From a bacterium (GTDB taxonomy: Bacteria > Cyanobacteriota > Vampirovibrionia > Gastranaerophilales > CAZEDP01), in assembly GCA_043797105.1 (NCBI GenBank), contig JAZDPZ010000050.1, positions 10,623 to 74,622 on the forward strand: 64,000 nucleotides of DNA, given 5' to 3'. A program made the translations under genes and the position numbers. Position 1 is the first letter of the stretch. Each line of letters begins with the position of its first letter. Below, in pieces: positions 29,832 to 40,950 of the stretch. Under the pieces are notes generated by a model that saw only the letters and a program-made list of their open reading frames with translations, did not search any database and had not been told where the DNA came from.

Positions 29832-31502
29832 TTAAGTATAAACTTCGATCCAGGCTTTTATATCTTCATTATTTTTATTATTTGGATAATATATTATTTC
29901 ATTTTCTCCTTTTTTAACGTATTTATCAAGGTTTATTCTTAATTTTTCCTTATCTAAATCAGAAATATCAACTTCATTTGAGTTTATTATTATTTTAAAA
30001 TTATTTAAATATTTATTTAAAACCAGATCAGCTTTGCCATTTGGAGATAAAAAATCCTGTTTTATAGGATAAAAAGAATCTTTTGAATTAAAAAATACAG
30101 GAGTTGTGCCTATTGTAACATTATCATAATAATGTTGAAGTATTTTATCAAAAGAATAGCCGTTTTTACTTAAATATCCCGCTCCATACTGGCTCATGCC
30201 TACACCATGCCCGAATCCTCCTCCAAAAGCATCTATTTTTACTAAATTACCATTAGAATCAAACTGATTATCAAAAATAACATTAGCGCTCGGCAATATT
30301 TTGTTTGTATTTTCAAAAATTCTTCTTATTAATAATTCTTTTTTAACAAGCCATGTTCCGTTAGAAGCTGTGATTTCCACAACCATTGCCTTGCCGGAAA
30401 CTCCTCTGGACAGTACATTAATTTTATATAAAGTTCCAATATCTGAGTATTTTTTGAATTTTGGACAAATAAACTCTGAATCTGAATATTTTGAAAGATT
30501 TTTGTTAAGCGTAGATTCTAGTTCTTCTCTAGTCCAGGTTTTAGTCCATCTATAATATCCCGAATTAATGTCAAAACCCGGTAAAAACGAACTATAAAAA
30601 TTTTTGGCAGATTCTTCATTGTTTAAAGCAGGTGTGCCTTCAACATCAGGCTTGCCTTTTAAATATTTTAGCGGAGAGGCAGGGAAATTGCCTGTCTGAG
30701 GATCGGAAAAAGCGTTTTCATAGTTTTCTGTATAACCTCCGGCTGTTGAACTGTATAATGCCAGAATAATATCCCCTTTATACAGGGCAACAAGTCCTTT
30801 TGTCTCTTCTATAGCTTTGTTTGCAAGATGATTTTCAGTATTATATCCAAAATATACCTGACATTGAACTGAATCACAAATATCAAATTGACTATAAGAC
30901 TTTATTCTTGGTTTTAAAGCATAATTTCTTGCAGCTACTGCCTGAGCTTTCAACGCTTCCAAACCAAATGCCGGCGGCAGTTCATTGGGAACCACGCCTT
31001 TTAAATAATCTTCCAGCGGCAAAATATTTACTGCTGATAACTTATCTTTTTTACCGGGAGCTTTGACTATTTCAATTTCTCCTCGATAATATGCCGGTTT
31101 TCCTTCCCGAACCAGTCCGACTATCTGAACAGGAGAATTATTAAAAGATTTTGCACTTATTGGACCGGTTATATTTTCTGCTATTTGCTTGTTTTTGTTA
31201 AAAATTTTAAAATCAGATTTGCTTATTTTTACTGTAAATATGTCTTTGCCATTTGATTTTACTATTGATAAACCGGTTGATTTATCAACAAGCTCAAAGG
31301 AAAAATCAGAACTTATGCTTACTTCGTCATATTCCAGCCTGTTAAAGTCATTTGTGCTTATTCCAACTCTTATAATATTGTCGTTTATAGAGTTAAAAGG
31401 CTCTGCTTTAAGTGTGGGAGCAGAATTTTGTTGAGAAAAAATTAAATTTATTAAAATAAAAATTAAGCAGGAAATTACAAAAATAAAAATCTTATGTTTC
31501 AT
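29832..31502 (-). CDS. SpoIID/LytB lytic transglycosylase
   Basis: YLKGVVPNE, EALKAQAVAARNYA, GFGHGVGMSQYGA; N-terminal signal/TM segment. Confidence 0.92.
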   Translation of the reverse strand: MKHKIFIFVISCLIFILINLIFSQQNSAPTLKAEPFNSINDNIIRVGISTNDFNRLEYDEVSISSDFSFELVDKSTGLSIVKSNGKDIFTVKISKSDFKIFNKNKQIAENITGPISAKSFNNSPVQIVGLVREGKPAYYRGEIEIVKAPGKKDKLSAVNILPLEDYLKGVVPNELPPAFGLEALKAQAVAARNYALKPRIKSYSQFDICDSVQCQVYFGYNTENHLANKAIEETKGLVALYKGDIILALYSSTAGGYTENYENAFSDPQTGNFPASPLKYLKGKPDVEGTPALNNEESAKNFYSSFLPGFDINSGYYRWTKTWTREELESTLNKNLSKYSDSEFICPKFKKYSDIGTLYKINVLSRGVSGKAMVVEITASNGTWLVKKELLIRRIFENTNKILPSANVIFDNQFDSNGNLVKIDAFGGGFGHGVGMSQYGAGYLSKNGYSFDKILQHYYDNVTIGTTPVFFNSKDSFYPIKQDFLSPNGKADLVLNKYLNNFKIIINSNEVDISDLDKEKLRINLDKYVKKGENEIIYYPNNKNNEDIKAWIEVYT

Positions 31503-31519
31503 AAATATTCGTCTTTCCG

Positions 31520-32308
31520 GTGTTTAAATTTATAATTAATATAGTATATATTAGAAATACTATGTTTGTTTTTCAACATAAGTTAGATTATGATAGATCA
31601 AAAAATTTTAAATTCCAAAGCAGTTTATTAGAAGAAAAAAATTTTAATAATTTATTATTATATCTAAAATTTAAAAAAATAAAGAAGCTTATATCTAATA
31701 TTTATATTTATAAATTTCCTCCTATATTAAACTGGCCCGAAGGAGCAAACATTGATATTCCTGTTAATTTTGCCATTGCTATAAAAAAAATGTTTGAACA
31801 CTCTTCAAAACATATTCTGGATAATATAAAAGAGCTTTGTTTTTCCATGAATACTGATGATAGCTCTTATGGCGATAAAATTTTAATAATTCCCATTGAA
31901 TATATAACAAAAGACTATAATAAAATTATTTTTCTGGATACTTTTGCTCATGAATTAGGGCATGCTCTTTTATTCAGATTATCTAAAATTAAAAAATACA
32001 AAAATAAAATTATTAAAAATCATAAAATTATCAGGTTTTACAGCATAAAATTTGACAATAATTTCTTTTTTAATCCTCAAATAACAGAAAAAAATCTTTC
32101 TAAATATCAATTGGAAGACTATAGAGAATTTTTTTCAGAATTATTTTCGCATGTTTTAAATCATTTTGATAAATTGATTAATTATATTTATCAAATTAAA
32201 TCTCAAAAAGTTAAATTTGCTTATATAAGTACTGTTGATTTATTGTTAAATTATGTAATGCCTTTTTCTAAGGATGAAATACGGACATTAGTCAAAAATT
32301 TGGAATAA
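31520..32308 (+). CDS. Hypothetical protein with HExxH zinc-metallopeptidase motif
   Basis: FAHELGHAL plus downstream EFFSELF; start uncertain. Confidence 0.6.
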   Translation: MFKFIINIVYIRNTMFVFQHKLDYDRSKNFKFQSSLLEEKNFNNLLLYLKFKKIKKLISNIYIYKFPPILNWPEGANIDIPVNFAIAIKKMFEHSSKHILDNIKELCFSMNTDDSSYGDKILIIPIEYITKDYNKIIFLDTFAHELGHALLFRLSKIKKYKNKIIKNHKIIRFYSIKFDNNFFFNPQITEKNLSKYQLEDYREFFSELFSHVLNHFDKLINYIYQIKSQKVKFAYISTVDLLLNYVMPFSKDEIRTLVKNLE

Positions 32309-32399
32309 AAATCTTCTATAATTAAAAAACACGGTGAATCCTTGACAATATCAACTACATATTGTAATTCTATTATATGTTTAATATAAGCAAGTGTAG

Positions 32400-35300
32400 A
32401 TGTATATAAAAGAGATAGAAATTGATAATTTTAAGTCTTTTGCAGATAAAACAACCATACCTTTTTTAGATGGCTTTACAACCATATCTGGACCCAATGG
32501 TTCAGGAAAAAGTAATATTATAGACAGTATTTTATTTGCATTGGGCTTATCAACTTCTCGGACGCTTAGAGCTGAGAAGCTGTTTGATCTTATTAGTAAT
32601 CATAATTCCAGAAATGAAGCCAGCGTTAGAATAAGTTTTACTGAAAACAGCAATGAAATCAATCTTATTGTTACAAGAAAGATTAAAAAAAGTTCTAATA
32701 ACTATATTAGCAGTTATTATCTGAACGATAAAGCTTCAACGCTTGGCGAAATACATGAAGAACTGGTGAAATATAATATTTCACCCGGCTGTTATAATGT
32801 CATGATGCAGGGAGATGTTACCGGCATCATAAATATGACTGCAAATGAAAGAAGAAAAATTCTCGATGAAATTGCAGGAGTAGCTGATTTTGACAGAAGA
32901 ATAGATCAGGCTAAAAAAGAACTTGAAACAGTTGAACAAAGAGTTAGTAAATCAGGTATTATTCTTAATGAAATTGATATTAGACTTGTCCAGCTTGAAG
33001 AAGAACGCTCACAGGCTCTAAAATATCAAAATTTAAAAGAAGAAAAACAAAATTTTGAAAATAAACTCTCTGTAGTAAGGTATTTTGAAATAAAAAATTC
33101 TATAGAACGCTTACACGAAAGTATTTTAGATTCAAATAAATCAAAAAAAGATGAACAGCAAAAATTAAATGAACTGAATAACAAGCTTGAAACCATAAAA
33201 ATCAAGCTGAAAGAAATATCTGATCTTGTAAAAACCAAAGGTGAAGACGAACAAATAGAACTTAAAAAGCAAATAGAAGTTTTTAAAGGAACCATAGCCA
33301 GAAAAAAAGATTCCATTGCCTATAATGACAAGCAAATATCTGATAATAACAATCATTCTGAAAGCGCTAAAGAAAATATAAATAAATTAAAGGAAAAAAT
33401 AGAAGATCTAAATTTCAGGATAGAAAATAAACAGGATGAAATAAATATAATTGAACAAAATATTAAAAAGGAAAAACAGGAGCTCAACAAGGTTTTAAGT
33501 GAGATTTCAGGCATAAATAAAACAACTGATGAGCATCTTGAAAAAAGAAATGACTTAAGAAAACAGTTTGAAACTCAAAAAGATCAGGAAAATGAATTTT
33601 TAAAAGAAAAATTAACTCTTGAAGAAAAAGTTTTAAGATATCAACGGGATATTAAAGAAGCAGAAGAAAAAATTCAAAATTCTCAGGAGCTTAAAAATGA
33701 ATATTCTTCAAAAAAAGAAATTCTGGAAAATCAAATTCTGGAATTAACAAAAGATTTAAAAGATTATGAGATTCTTCAAAAAAACAATTTATTTGAACTG
33801 GATAAAATCAAAAATGAACTAAATGACCTGAATTATAAAATTAATATGGCTTATAGAAAAATAACCCAGCTTGAAGCTAATAAAAAAGCTTTGGAAGATG
33901 CGAATTTTGGCAAAGCAATAGAAACTATAATGACTTCTGGATTGTCAGGAATTCATGCTCCTTTAGCTCAGCTTGGACAGGTTAATAAAGAATATTCTAC
34001 AGCTCTTGAAATAGCTATGGGCGGAAGGATGAGATTCATTGTGGTTGATAATGATGAAACAGCAAGTGTTGCTATTGAAATTTTAAAATCATCACAAGCC
34101 GGCAGAGCTACTTTCCTGCCTTTAAACAAGATGACTCAGGCGCCAAGAGACTTTAGACCTCCAAAAATGAATGGAATCATAGATTTTGCGATTAATTTGA
34201 TTAATTTTGATGATATATACAGGTCTGTTTTCTTTTATGCTCTTGGAGATACTTTAATAGTCGAAGATTTAAACATTGCCAGAAGTTTGATAGGCAAATA
34301 CCGAATGGTTACGCTGGATGGAAGCCTTATTGAAAAAACAGGAGCAATGACAGGAGGCTCTACCAGCAGATCAAATCTTAGATTTGCTCAAACAGAAGAT
34401 GATGAGCTAAAAATTTATAAAGAAAGACTTAAAGAACTTGAAAATAAAAGCACAGACTTAGAAAACACAAAATTTGACCTTGAGAAAAAACTCGATAAAA
34501 CCCGGCATGAATATTCAAATATAATGAATGATCTCAATAGAAAAAAAATTGAGCTTGAAAATTTATCAAAAAATCTTGAAAATACTGAATCAACTATAAT
34601 TTCCTGTCAGGAAACAATAACAAAATTTAGCCCTGAACTGGAAATTTCTCAGGAAAAATTAATAATACTTAATGAAAAACTTGAAAAAATCTCAAATAAC
34701 ATTAAATTTTTGCATGAAGAAATTATAAGTTTAGAGAAAATTTTGCCTAAAGACGAATTAGCTAAATTAAACGAGCTAACAGACAATATTGAGTTTGAAA
34801 TTAAAAGCAGTGAAAGCAAACTTGCCAATTGTCAAAACGAAATTGAAGCAATGAAAATGAAAATAAACTTTAATAAAGAGACTATCAGCGTTCATGAAGA
34901 AAGAATACAAAAACTGGCAAAGGATAATATTACTCTTTCTCAGGAAAAAGAGCTTTATAAAAACGAAATTTCTTTAACAGAAGAAAGATTAAAAGAATTA
35001 AACGAAAAGATCAAAGAAATCGGTTCAGAATTGGTCGAGCTTCAACAGGAAAGAAGTCTAATTAATGAAGAAATATTGAATTTTGAAAAGAAAAAAAGTA
35101 TTTCTGAAAATAAAATTGAAAGAACGCAGGAGCAAATAGAAGCTTACAAAGCCAGAAGAAAAGAATTGGAACCCGAACTTTACGGTATAAGGGATGAGCT
35201 TGTTCAGCAGGGCTATGATATTGCTGCAATGGCGAAAATGGATATTTCGGTTGAAGAAGTAAATAAAAATATTGCCAAACTCCAGAGAAAAATGCAAGAG

Positions 35301-35894
35301 CTTGAGCCTGTGAATATGAAAGCTTTGGTAGAATACGACGAAGTGCAAAACAGAAAACAGGAGCTTGAAACAAAAATAAATACCCTTGTAAGTGAGCAAA
35401 AACAAATTAATGATCGTATGAACGGCTATGAAGATATGAAATACAAGTCTTTTATGGATACTTTCAGCAATGTAAACAATAATTTTAAAGAAATTTTTGA
35501 ACATTTATCCGATGGTATAGGCAGTTTGATTCTTGAAAATGCAGAAAAACCTTTTAATGGCGGTTTGACTATTGAAGCGCAGCCCAGAGGCAAAAAACCT
35601 CAACGGATGGAAGCTATGAGCGGCGGTGAAAAATCTTTGACAGCTCTGGCTTTTGTATTTGCTTTACAACGTTACATGCCTGCTCCGTTTTATGCTTTTG
35701 ATGAGGTTGATATGCACCTTGACGGAATAAATGCGGAAAAACTCGCTCACATGATTAAAAATCAATCAGCAAATACACAATTTATAGTAGTCTCTTTAAG
35801 GAAACCTATGATAGAATCAGCAAACAGGACTATTGGAGTTACTCAAAAAAATAACGGAATAACTAAGGTAACCGGTGTTAAATTAAATGACTAA
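32400..35894 (+). CDS. smc: Chromosome segregation protein SMC
   Basis: GPNGSGKSN, hinge GRATFLPLN, MSGGEKS, FDEVD. Confidence 0.97.
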   Translation: MYIKEIEIDNFKSFADKTTIPFLDGFTTISGPNGSGKSNIIDSILFALGLSTSRTLRAEKLFDLISNHNSRNEASVRISFTENSNEINLIVTRKIKKSSNNYISSYYLNDKASTLGEIHEELVKYNISPGCYNVMMQGDVTGIINMTANERRKILDEIAGVADFDRRIDQAKKELETVEQRVSKSGIILNEIDIRLVQLEEERSQALKYQNLKEEKQNFENKLSVVRYFEIKNSIERLHESILDSNKSKKDEQQKLNELNNKLETIKIKLKEISDLVKTKGEDEQIELKKQIEVFKGTIARKKDSIAYNDKQISDNNNHSESAKENINKLKEKIEDLNFRIENKQDEINIIEQNIKKEKQELNKVLSEISGINKTTDEHLEKRNDLRKQFETQKDQENEFLKEKLTLEEKVLRYQRDIKEAEEKIQNSQELKNEYSSKKEILENQILELTKDLKDYEILQKNNLFELDKIKNELNDLNYKINMAYRKITQLEANKKALEDANFGKAIETIMTSGLSGIHAPLAQLGQVNKEYSTALEIAMGGRMRFIVVDNDETASVAIEILKSSQAGRATFLPLNKMTQAPRDFRPPKMNGIIDFAINLINFDDIYRSVFFYALGDTLIVEDLNIARSLIGKYRMVTLDGSLIEKTGAMTGGSTSRSNLRFAQTEDDELKIYKERLKELENKSTDLENTKFDLEKKLDKTRHEYSNIMNDLNRKKIELENLSKNLENTESTIISCQETITKFSPELEISQEKLIILNEKLEKISNNIKFLHEEIISLEKILPKDELAKLNELTDNIEFEIKSSESKLANCQNEIEAMKMKINFNKETISVHEERIQKLAKDNITLSQEKELYKNEISLTEERLKELNEKIKEIGSELVELQQERSLINEEILNFEKKKSISENKIERTQEQIEAYKARRKELEPELYGIRDELVQQGYDIAAMAKMDISVEEVNKNIAKLQRKMQELEPVNMKALVEYDEVQNRKQELETKINTLVSEQKQINDRMNGYEDMKYKSFMDTFSNVNNNFKEIFEHLSDGIGSLILENAEKPFNGGLTIEAQPRGKKPQRMEAMSGGEKSLTALAFVFALQRYMPAPFYAFDEVDMHLDGINAEKLAHMIKNQSANTQFIVVSLRKPMIESANRTIGVTQKNNGITKVTGVKLND

Positions 35895-35949
35895 AACAGG
35901 AAGGATTAGTAACTTATGGAAGCGGCTCAGCCGCCTGGTGTAAAGTTGA

Positions 35950-36663
35950 ATGACTGATAAACAGCTTGATGGCATTGAAATTCTTGTAGAAATGTCAAAA
36001 ACAGGAAAGATTGATCCCTGGAACATTGACATAGTTGATGTTACAGACAAATTTTTACATGAATTAGTTGAAAGAAAATCCGATAATCTTAGACTTACAG
36101 GAAGAACCCTGTTTTTTGCCGCTGTTTTATTAAGGTTAAAATCCGATATTCTTGAAAACAAGCCTGTTCAGGAAGAACCAGAAGAATTTTATGAAGATAA
36201 TGATTCTGAATTTAATATAAATGATATTAATATAAATAATCTAATTTCTCTTGAAGATGTTCTTGTGCGAAGAACCAGCATAAAACTGCATAGAAAAAGA
36301 GTTGTTACTTTAAAAGATTTGATTAAACAGCTTGAATTTTATGAAGAAATAGAAAAAAAACGTTCTTTCAAAAACTCACAGGAAAGAGCTAAAAGAAGGG
36401 CAAGGTCTTATGCTGATTTTTCCGCTGAAGATATTATTGAAATGGCTCATGATGAGTATATAGAAGAAGGAATCAGCAAGCTTCAAAGCGTTTTACAAAA
36501 ATTATTCGAGACTGATGAGAAAATAGAGCTTTCCGAGCTTAGGGGTACAGGCATGGATAAGGTTTCAACTTATATAGCTCTGTTGTTTTTAGCCACAAGA
36601 AGCAGGATAGAGCTGGTACAGGAAGAATTTTATTCTAATCTTTATATAACAAAAAGTGTTTGA
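35950..36663 (+). CDS. scpA: Segregation/condensation protein A
   Basis: IDPWNIDI...LLRLKS, follows smc. Confidence 0.9.
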   Translation: MTDKQLDGIEILVEMSKTGKIDPWNIDIVDVTDKFLHELVERKSDNLRLTGRTLFFAAVLLRLKSDILENKPVQEEPEEFYEDNDSEFNINDININNLISLEDVLVRRTSIKLHRKRVVTLKDLIKQLEFYEEIEKKRSFKNSQERAKRRARSYADFSAEDIIEMAHDEYIEEGISKLQSVLQKLFETDEKIELSELRGTGMDKVSTYIALLFLATRSRIELVQEEFYSNLYITKSV

Positions 36664-36736
36664 ATTTTACTAAAATTAATTTGAAATGTTAAAATGGAAG
36701 AATTAGGTATTAATCTTATGCCAAGGAAAAAATAAA

Positions 36737-37609
36737 ATGGTTCAATATACTTTAAATAATGAAGAATTGGAAAAGCTTATATATTACCAAACAAATTATT
36801 GTCATTTGAATAACAATTTTTTAAATAAAGCAGTCTCCGGGGATAAAATATTTTTAGACAAAAAAGACTTTAATGGAAATATTAATTATAGACTTAAACC
36901 TTTAAAAACTTTTATAACTAATTTTTGTGATTATATTCTTGATGAATCATCTGTAAGTTTTTCTGTAAATTTTTGGGGAGAAAATGAAAAGAGTTATTTT
37001 CATTCTATTGAAGATATTACAAAATTTAAGGCAGAAATAAAAAAATTTTTTGGAATTGTTCTTGTTAATGATCTATTAGATTTAACAATATGTACAAATC
37101 ACTATTTTAAAGAGTATAAAAATGGGGAATTTTCAGCTATTGGTAATTTATTGCACCAAGTTAAAATAGAGAATAAATCCGAAGCTAATGAAAAGCTAAT
37201 GAGTGAGATTAAAAACATTGTAAATAATTTTAATTTTAATATATATGGTTCTAATCTTGTTATTATTCCTATGTATTCATCAACAAACATTGTTTTGGAA
37301 ACAGCTCGTTTAATTCAAGTAAAGACACAAATAGATATAATTGACGATGCTATAAATATAGTTGAAACAATAGGAAGAAAAAAGATTAAAAATTTAGAGA
37401 AAAAAATAGATAGATATAATGCACTGAATGGAAATGTTATTTTTGAATCATCAAAAATCCCAAAAGGTAAAAATATTCTCCTTGTTGATGACAATTATCA
37501 ATCTGGCTCTACTTTAAATTATATAGGAACTATATTAAAATCATATTATAACATTGAACATGTTTATGGTTTCTGCATTACTAAAACACAAGCTAATCTT
37601 AACGTTTAG
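36737..37609 (+). CDS. Phosphoribosyltransferase-domain protein (ComF/ShosT-like)
   Basis: PRPP-binding loop ILLVDDNYQSGSTL near the C-terminus. Confidence 0.75.
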   Translation: MVQYTLNNEELEKLIYYQTNYCHLNNNFLNKAVSGDKIFLDKKDFNGNINYRLKPLKTFITNFCDYILDESSVSFSVNFWGENEKSYFHSIEDITKFKAEIKKFFGIVLVNDLLDLTICTNHYFKEYKNGEFSAIGNLLHQVKIENKSEANEKLMSEIKNIVNNFNFNIYGSNLVIIPMYSSTNIVLETARLIQVKTQIDIIDDAINIVETIGRKKIKNLEKKIDRYNALNGNVIFESSKIPKGKNILLVDDNYQSGSTLNYIGTILKSYYNIEHVYGFCITKTQANLNV

Positions 37610-37623
37610 AGGAGTATAAAGTA

Positions 37624-38595
37624 ATGAATGAACTTAGTTATAGCATATTAAGATTGTTGAATGTTAAAAATATTGGTAATTCTAAAGCCTTTAAATTAAT
37701 TCAAAATTTGAAAAATAAAGGTGTTAGTCTTGTTGATTTAATAAAAGCTATTGATAATAATGAATCTTTTGGCTCAATAAAAGAATCTTTAAATGAAGAA
37801 ATTTATAATGCCTTAAAAAGCAATAAAAATTCAATTGATAAATATATTGAAATATTAAAATCAAAAAATATAAAAATTGTTAATCGTTTTGATGAAAATT
37901 ATCCAGCAAAACTTATTAAAAGACTGGAAGATAAAACGCCTTTAATTTTATTTGCTTTAGGAAATTATGATCTTATTAATGATACATCTGTTGGATTTTG
38001 CGGTTCAAGGGATGCCTCACAGAAAGGATTAGAAGCTATTGAGGCAATAATAGGATCAATTAGTGATAGATTGGTTTATACGTCAGGATATGCAAAAGGT
38101 GTTGATATAAAAGTACATAAAGAGTCTTTAGAAAAGGGATTTAAAACAATAATAGTTTTACCAGAAGGAATTTTAAACTTTAAAGTAAAAAAAGAAATAA
38201 AAAATATTTTCAATTGGGATAATATTTTAGTTTTATCTGAATTTATGCCGGATTCAAAGTGGTCTGTTGCTAATGCAATGCAAAGAAATTCAATAATAGT
38301 TGCGCTTTCTAATGTGATGATATTAATTGAAGCTAAAGAATATGGTGGTAGCTTTAATGCTGGACAAAAAGCTTTAGAATTAGGTGTTCCATTATATATA
38401 CCTAAATATGATAATAGCAATTCTGACCATATTAAGGGAAACATAATTTTAGCTAAAAAAGGAGCTAAATCATTTTATAAAAGTAAATCAACTAATGAAC
38501 CCAAATTAGAAGGTCTATTTAATGATTTGAAAGCACCAAAAGATATTTCCAATTATTCATTACCTGTAATTGAACAAAAATCGTTATTTAACTAG
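37624..38595 (+). CDS. dprA: DprA/SMF family protein
   Basis: GFCGSRDAS, SGYAKGVD, AMQRNSIIVALS, EAKEYGGS. Confidence 0.88.
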   Translation: MNELSYSILRLLNVKNIGNSKAFKLIQNLKNKGVSLVDLIKAIDNNESFGSIKESLNEEIYNALKSNKNSIDKYIEILKSKNIKIVNRFDENYPAKLIKRLEDKTPLILFALGNYDLINDTSVGFCGSRDASQKGLEAIEAIIGSISDRLVYTSGYAKGVDIKVHKESLEKGFKTIIVLPEGILNFKVKKEIKNIFNWDNILVLSEFMPDSKWSVANAMQRNSIIVALSNVMILIEAKEYGGSFNAGQKALELGVPLYIPKYDNSNSDHIKGNIILAKKGAKSFYKSKSTNEPKLEGLFNDLKAPKDISNYSLPVIEQKSLFN

Positions 38596-38802
38596 ATAAC
38601 CTTGTATTTTTTTTAGGTAAATAAAAATAGAAAATGTTTGACAAAAGAATACTCGATAAAATAATAAAAGCTATATTACAGGCAATAATACCTGATAAGA
38701 TTATACTTAAAGGAATTTTAGTGTATGTTTGAATAGATAATTTCTACAATCTTAGCAGGAGAGGAATTTACACAAAACCTGTTATGGAATCAGACCAGCA
38801 AT

Positions 38803-39228
38803 TTAGTCATTTGTTTGGCTTTCAATTTTTTCCAAAATATATTTCTTCAATTCATTAACAAAAATTTTTGCATCTGCTAAATCCTCGATAGCACTTGATT
38901 TTTCAGGAATTTCATAAACTGTATAATCAAAAAGCATTCTATTTTTATATAGCCTGTTATAAATTACAAGAAGGCTTTTATCAAAAATCTTATCCTCATA
39001 AATAAATTTTTTATTGAACCAACCTCTTAACTGACCGTGTTTTCCTGTTATAAAACCTTCAAGATAGCCTAAAGCAAGAACACAATAAAAAATTGCATAA
39101 TAAAGTCTGTTTTGCGCATCAGAAAGCCAGTCATTATCAATATTCATTTTTGCGCTTAACAAAGCCTGTTCTGCTTTATCAAGAGAATGTCTAATCAATA
39201 TTTTTCTGTCAGATTGCATAAAAAACAC
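38803..39228 (-). CDS. HEPN domain protein (toxin)
   Basis: NRLYYAIFY, KHG, RMLFDY; overlaps the MNT gene. Confidence 0.88.
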   Translation of the reverse strand: MFFMQSDRKILIRHSLDKAEQALLSAKMNIDNDWLSDAQNRLYYAIFYCVLALGYLEGFITGKHGQLRGWFNKKFIYEDKIFDKSLLVIYNRLYKNRMLFDYTVYEIPEKSSAIEDLADAKIFVNELKKYILEKIESQTND

Positions 39229-39517
39229 CTTTTTTAGTTACTTCATCAAAATAAAAAGGATTTAATTTTAATTTATCAAGTGTAAATACCTGAAAATCTA
39301 TAAGCACATTATATTTATACTCAATATCCCCCACTATACCGCAAATATCAAGGTCTTTTTGCCTGTTTAATTCATCAAATAAGACTACAACATCAATATC
39401 GCTATCTTCTTTAAAATTTCCTTTTGCTCTTGAACCATAAAGATAAGAGCCTTTAAAATCGCTGTATTTTTCTTTTATAAGCCTGTTTAGTTCTTTTATT
39501 ATTTCAGAGATGTTCAT
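39209..39517 (-). CDS. Minimal nucleotidyltransferase (MNT antitoxin)
   Basis: LYGSRAKG...DSDIDV. Confidence 0.9.
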   Translation of the reverse strand: MNISEIIKELNRLIKEKYSDFKGSYLYGSRAKGNFKEDSDIDVVVLFDELNRQKDLDICGIVGDIEYKYNVLIDFQVFTLDKLKLNPFYFDEVTKKGVFYAI

Positions 39518-39573
39518 ATTGTTTTTCCCTAATTTTAGTAACTACTTATTTTTAATTATATAATTCCAATTGC

Positions 39574-39637
39574 TAAATAATTTTATCTATGTCATCTTAT
39601 AATAAGCTATATAAACAAATTTTAGAACAAAAGAAAA
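39574..39637. repeat. 64-bp direct repeat, copy 1
   Basis: 63/64 identical to 40951-41014. Confidence 0.92.
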
Positions 39638-39740
39638 AATTATAAGCTATAAATAAATAGGACTAAGTTATTAAATATATTCTGTTTACTTTGCGGAGAA
39701 TATACGATATAATCTCCGCATAAGTTGCGGAGTAAAAAAT

Positions 39741-40841
39741 ATGTATATTTATCAGGAAAAAAATTGGCCAGATTTTTACTGGAATCAGGAGAAAGTCCTA
39801 AAATCGTTATCAAATGTAAAGCTTTCTCAGGGTAAACTGCTTGGGAAAATGGACACACTTGGGTTTAACTTGAGAGAAGAGGCTAATTTAAATGTTTTAA
39901 CTCAGGAAATTACAAAATCCAGTGAAATAGAAGGGGAAATTCTTGATAAGGAGCAAGTTCGTTCTTCAATTGCAAGGCGACTAGGCTTAGACATTGGAAG
40001 TGATGTTCCTATTAGTCGTAATGTTGAAGGTGTAGTTAAAATGATGTTGGACGCTACACAGCATTATGACAAACTGCTGACAGAAGAAAGGCTATTTGCG
40101 TGGAATGCCGCATTATTCCCGACAGGGTACAGCGGTATGTTTAAAATTGAAGTCGGAAATTTTCGTGATGACAAGAAAGGTCCTATGCAGGTAGTTTCTG
40201 GTCCAATAGGAAAAGAAACAGTTCATTTTCAAGCTCCTAATCCAACCTGTATTGAGGCTGAAATATCCCGCTTTATAGAATGGTTTAATGATTCAAATGA
40301 ACTGGATAACATATTAAAAGCCGCTGTTGCACACTTATGGTTTGTTACACTACATCCTTTTGATGATGGAAATGGACGTATTGCAAGAGCATTGAGTGAT
40401 ATGTTACTTGCAAGGGCTGAAAATATAAGCCAAAGATTTTACAGTATGTCAGTACAGCTTACAAAAGAACGTAATGCCTACTATAATATGCTTGAAAGGA
40501 CTCAAAAAGGTACACTTGATATAACAGATTGGATACTTTGGTTTCTGGACTGTCTTTTAAGAGCTATAGAAAATACAAAAGAAACTCTTACAGCCATTTT
40601 TAATAAAGCCTTATTCTGGCAAAAATTCTCAGGACAAATTTTAAACAACAGGCAAAAGAAAGTTATTAACAGGCTTCTTGATGGATTTGAGGGTAATTTA
40701 ACATCTTCCAAATGGGCAAAACTTTGTAAATGTTCACAGGATACCGCTAATAGGGATATTGCAGAATTACTTGAAAAAAATATATTGTTTAAAATCGGTG
40801 CTGGACGTAGTACTCACTATGTTTTAAATATGGACGATTAA
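39741..40841 (+). CDS. Fic family protein (DUF4172-like N-terminus, C-terminal HTH)
   Basis: HPFDDGNGRIAR; SSEIEG inhibitory-type motif; WAKLCKCSQDTANRDI. Confidence 0.93.
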   Translation: MYIYQEKNWPDFYWNQEKVLKSLSNVKLSQGKLLGKMDTLGFNLREEANLNVLTQEITKSSEIEGEILDKEQVRSSIARRLGLDIGSDVPISRNVEGVVKMMLDATQHYDKLLTEERLFAWNAALFPTGYSGMFKIEVGNFRDDKKGPMQVVSGPIGKETVHFQAPNPTCIEAEISRFIEWFNDSNELDNILKAAVAHLWFVTLHPFDDGNGRIARALSDMLLARAENISQRFYSMSVQLTKERNAYYNMLERTQKGTLDITDWILWFLDCLLRAIENTKETLTAIFNKALFWQKFSGQILNNRQKKVINRLLDGFEGNLTSSKWAKLCKCSQDTANRDIAELLEKNILFKIGAGRSTHYVLNMDD

Positions 40842-40950
40842 ATAATTTCATTAAATAATGCGGAGATTAATGTGCTTATTCTCCGCATGTCTAAAAATTG
40901 CGTTCAACAGACTATAGTAAACCATTAAAATTGTTTTATTAATCCTTTGT

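Noticed and set aside
32352..32365. NrdR-box-like aactacatattgt upstream of smc
   Set aside because: Single copy in AT-rich DNA; NrdR boxes are usually tandem
38638..38802. TTGACA, RBS-like sequence and ATG with an early stop (possible gene relic)
   Set aside because: Too short to assign; no recognisable homology
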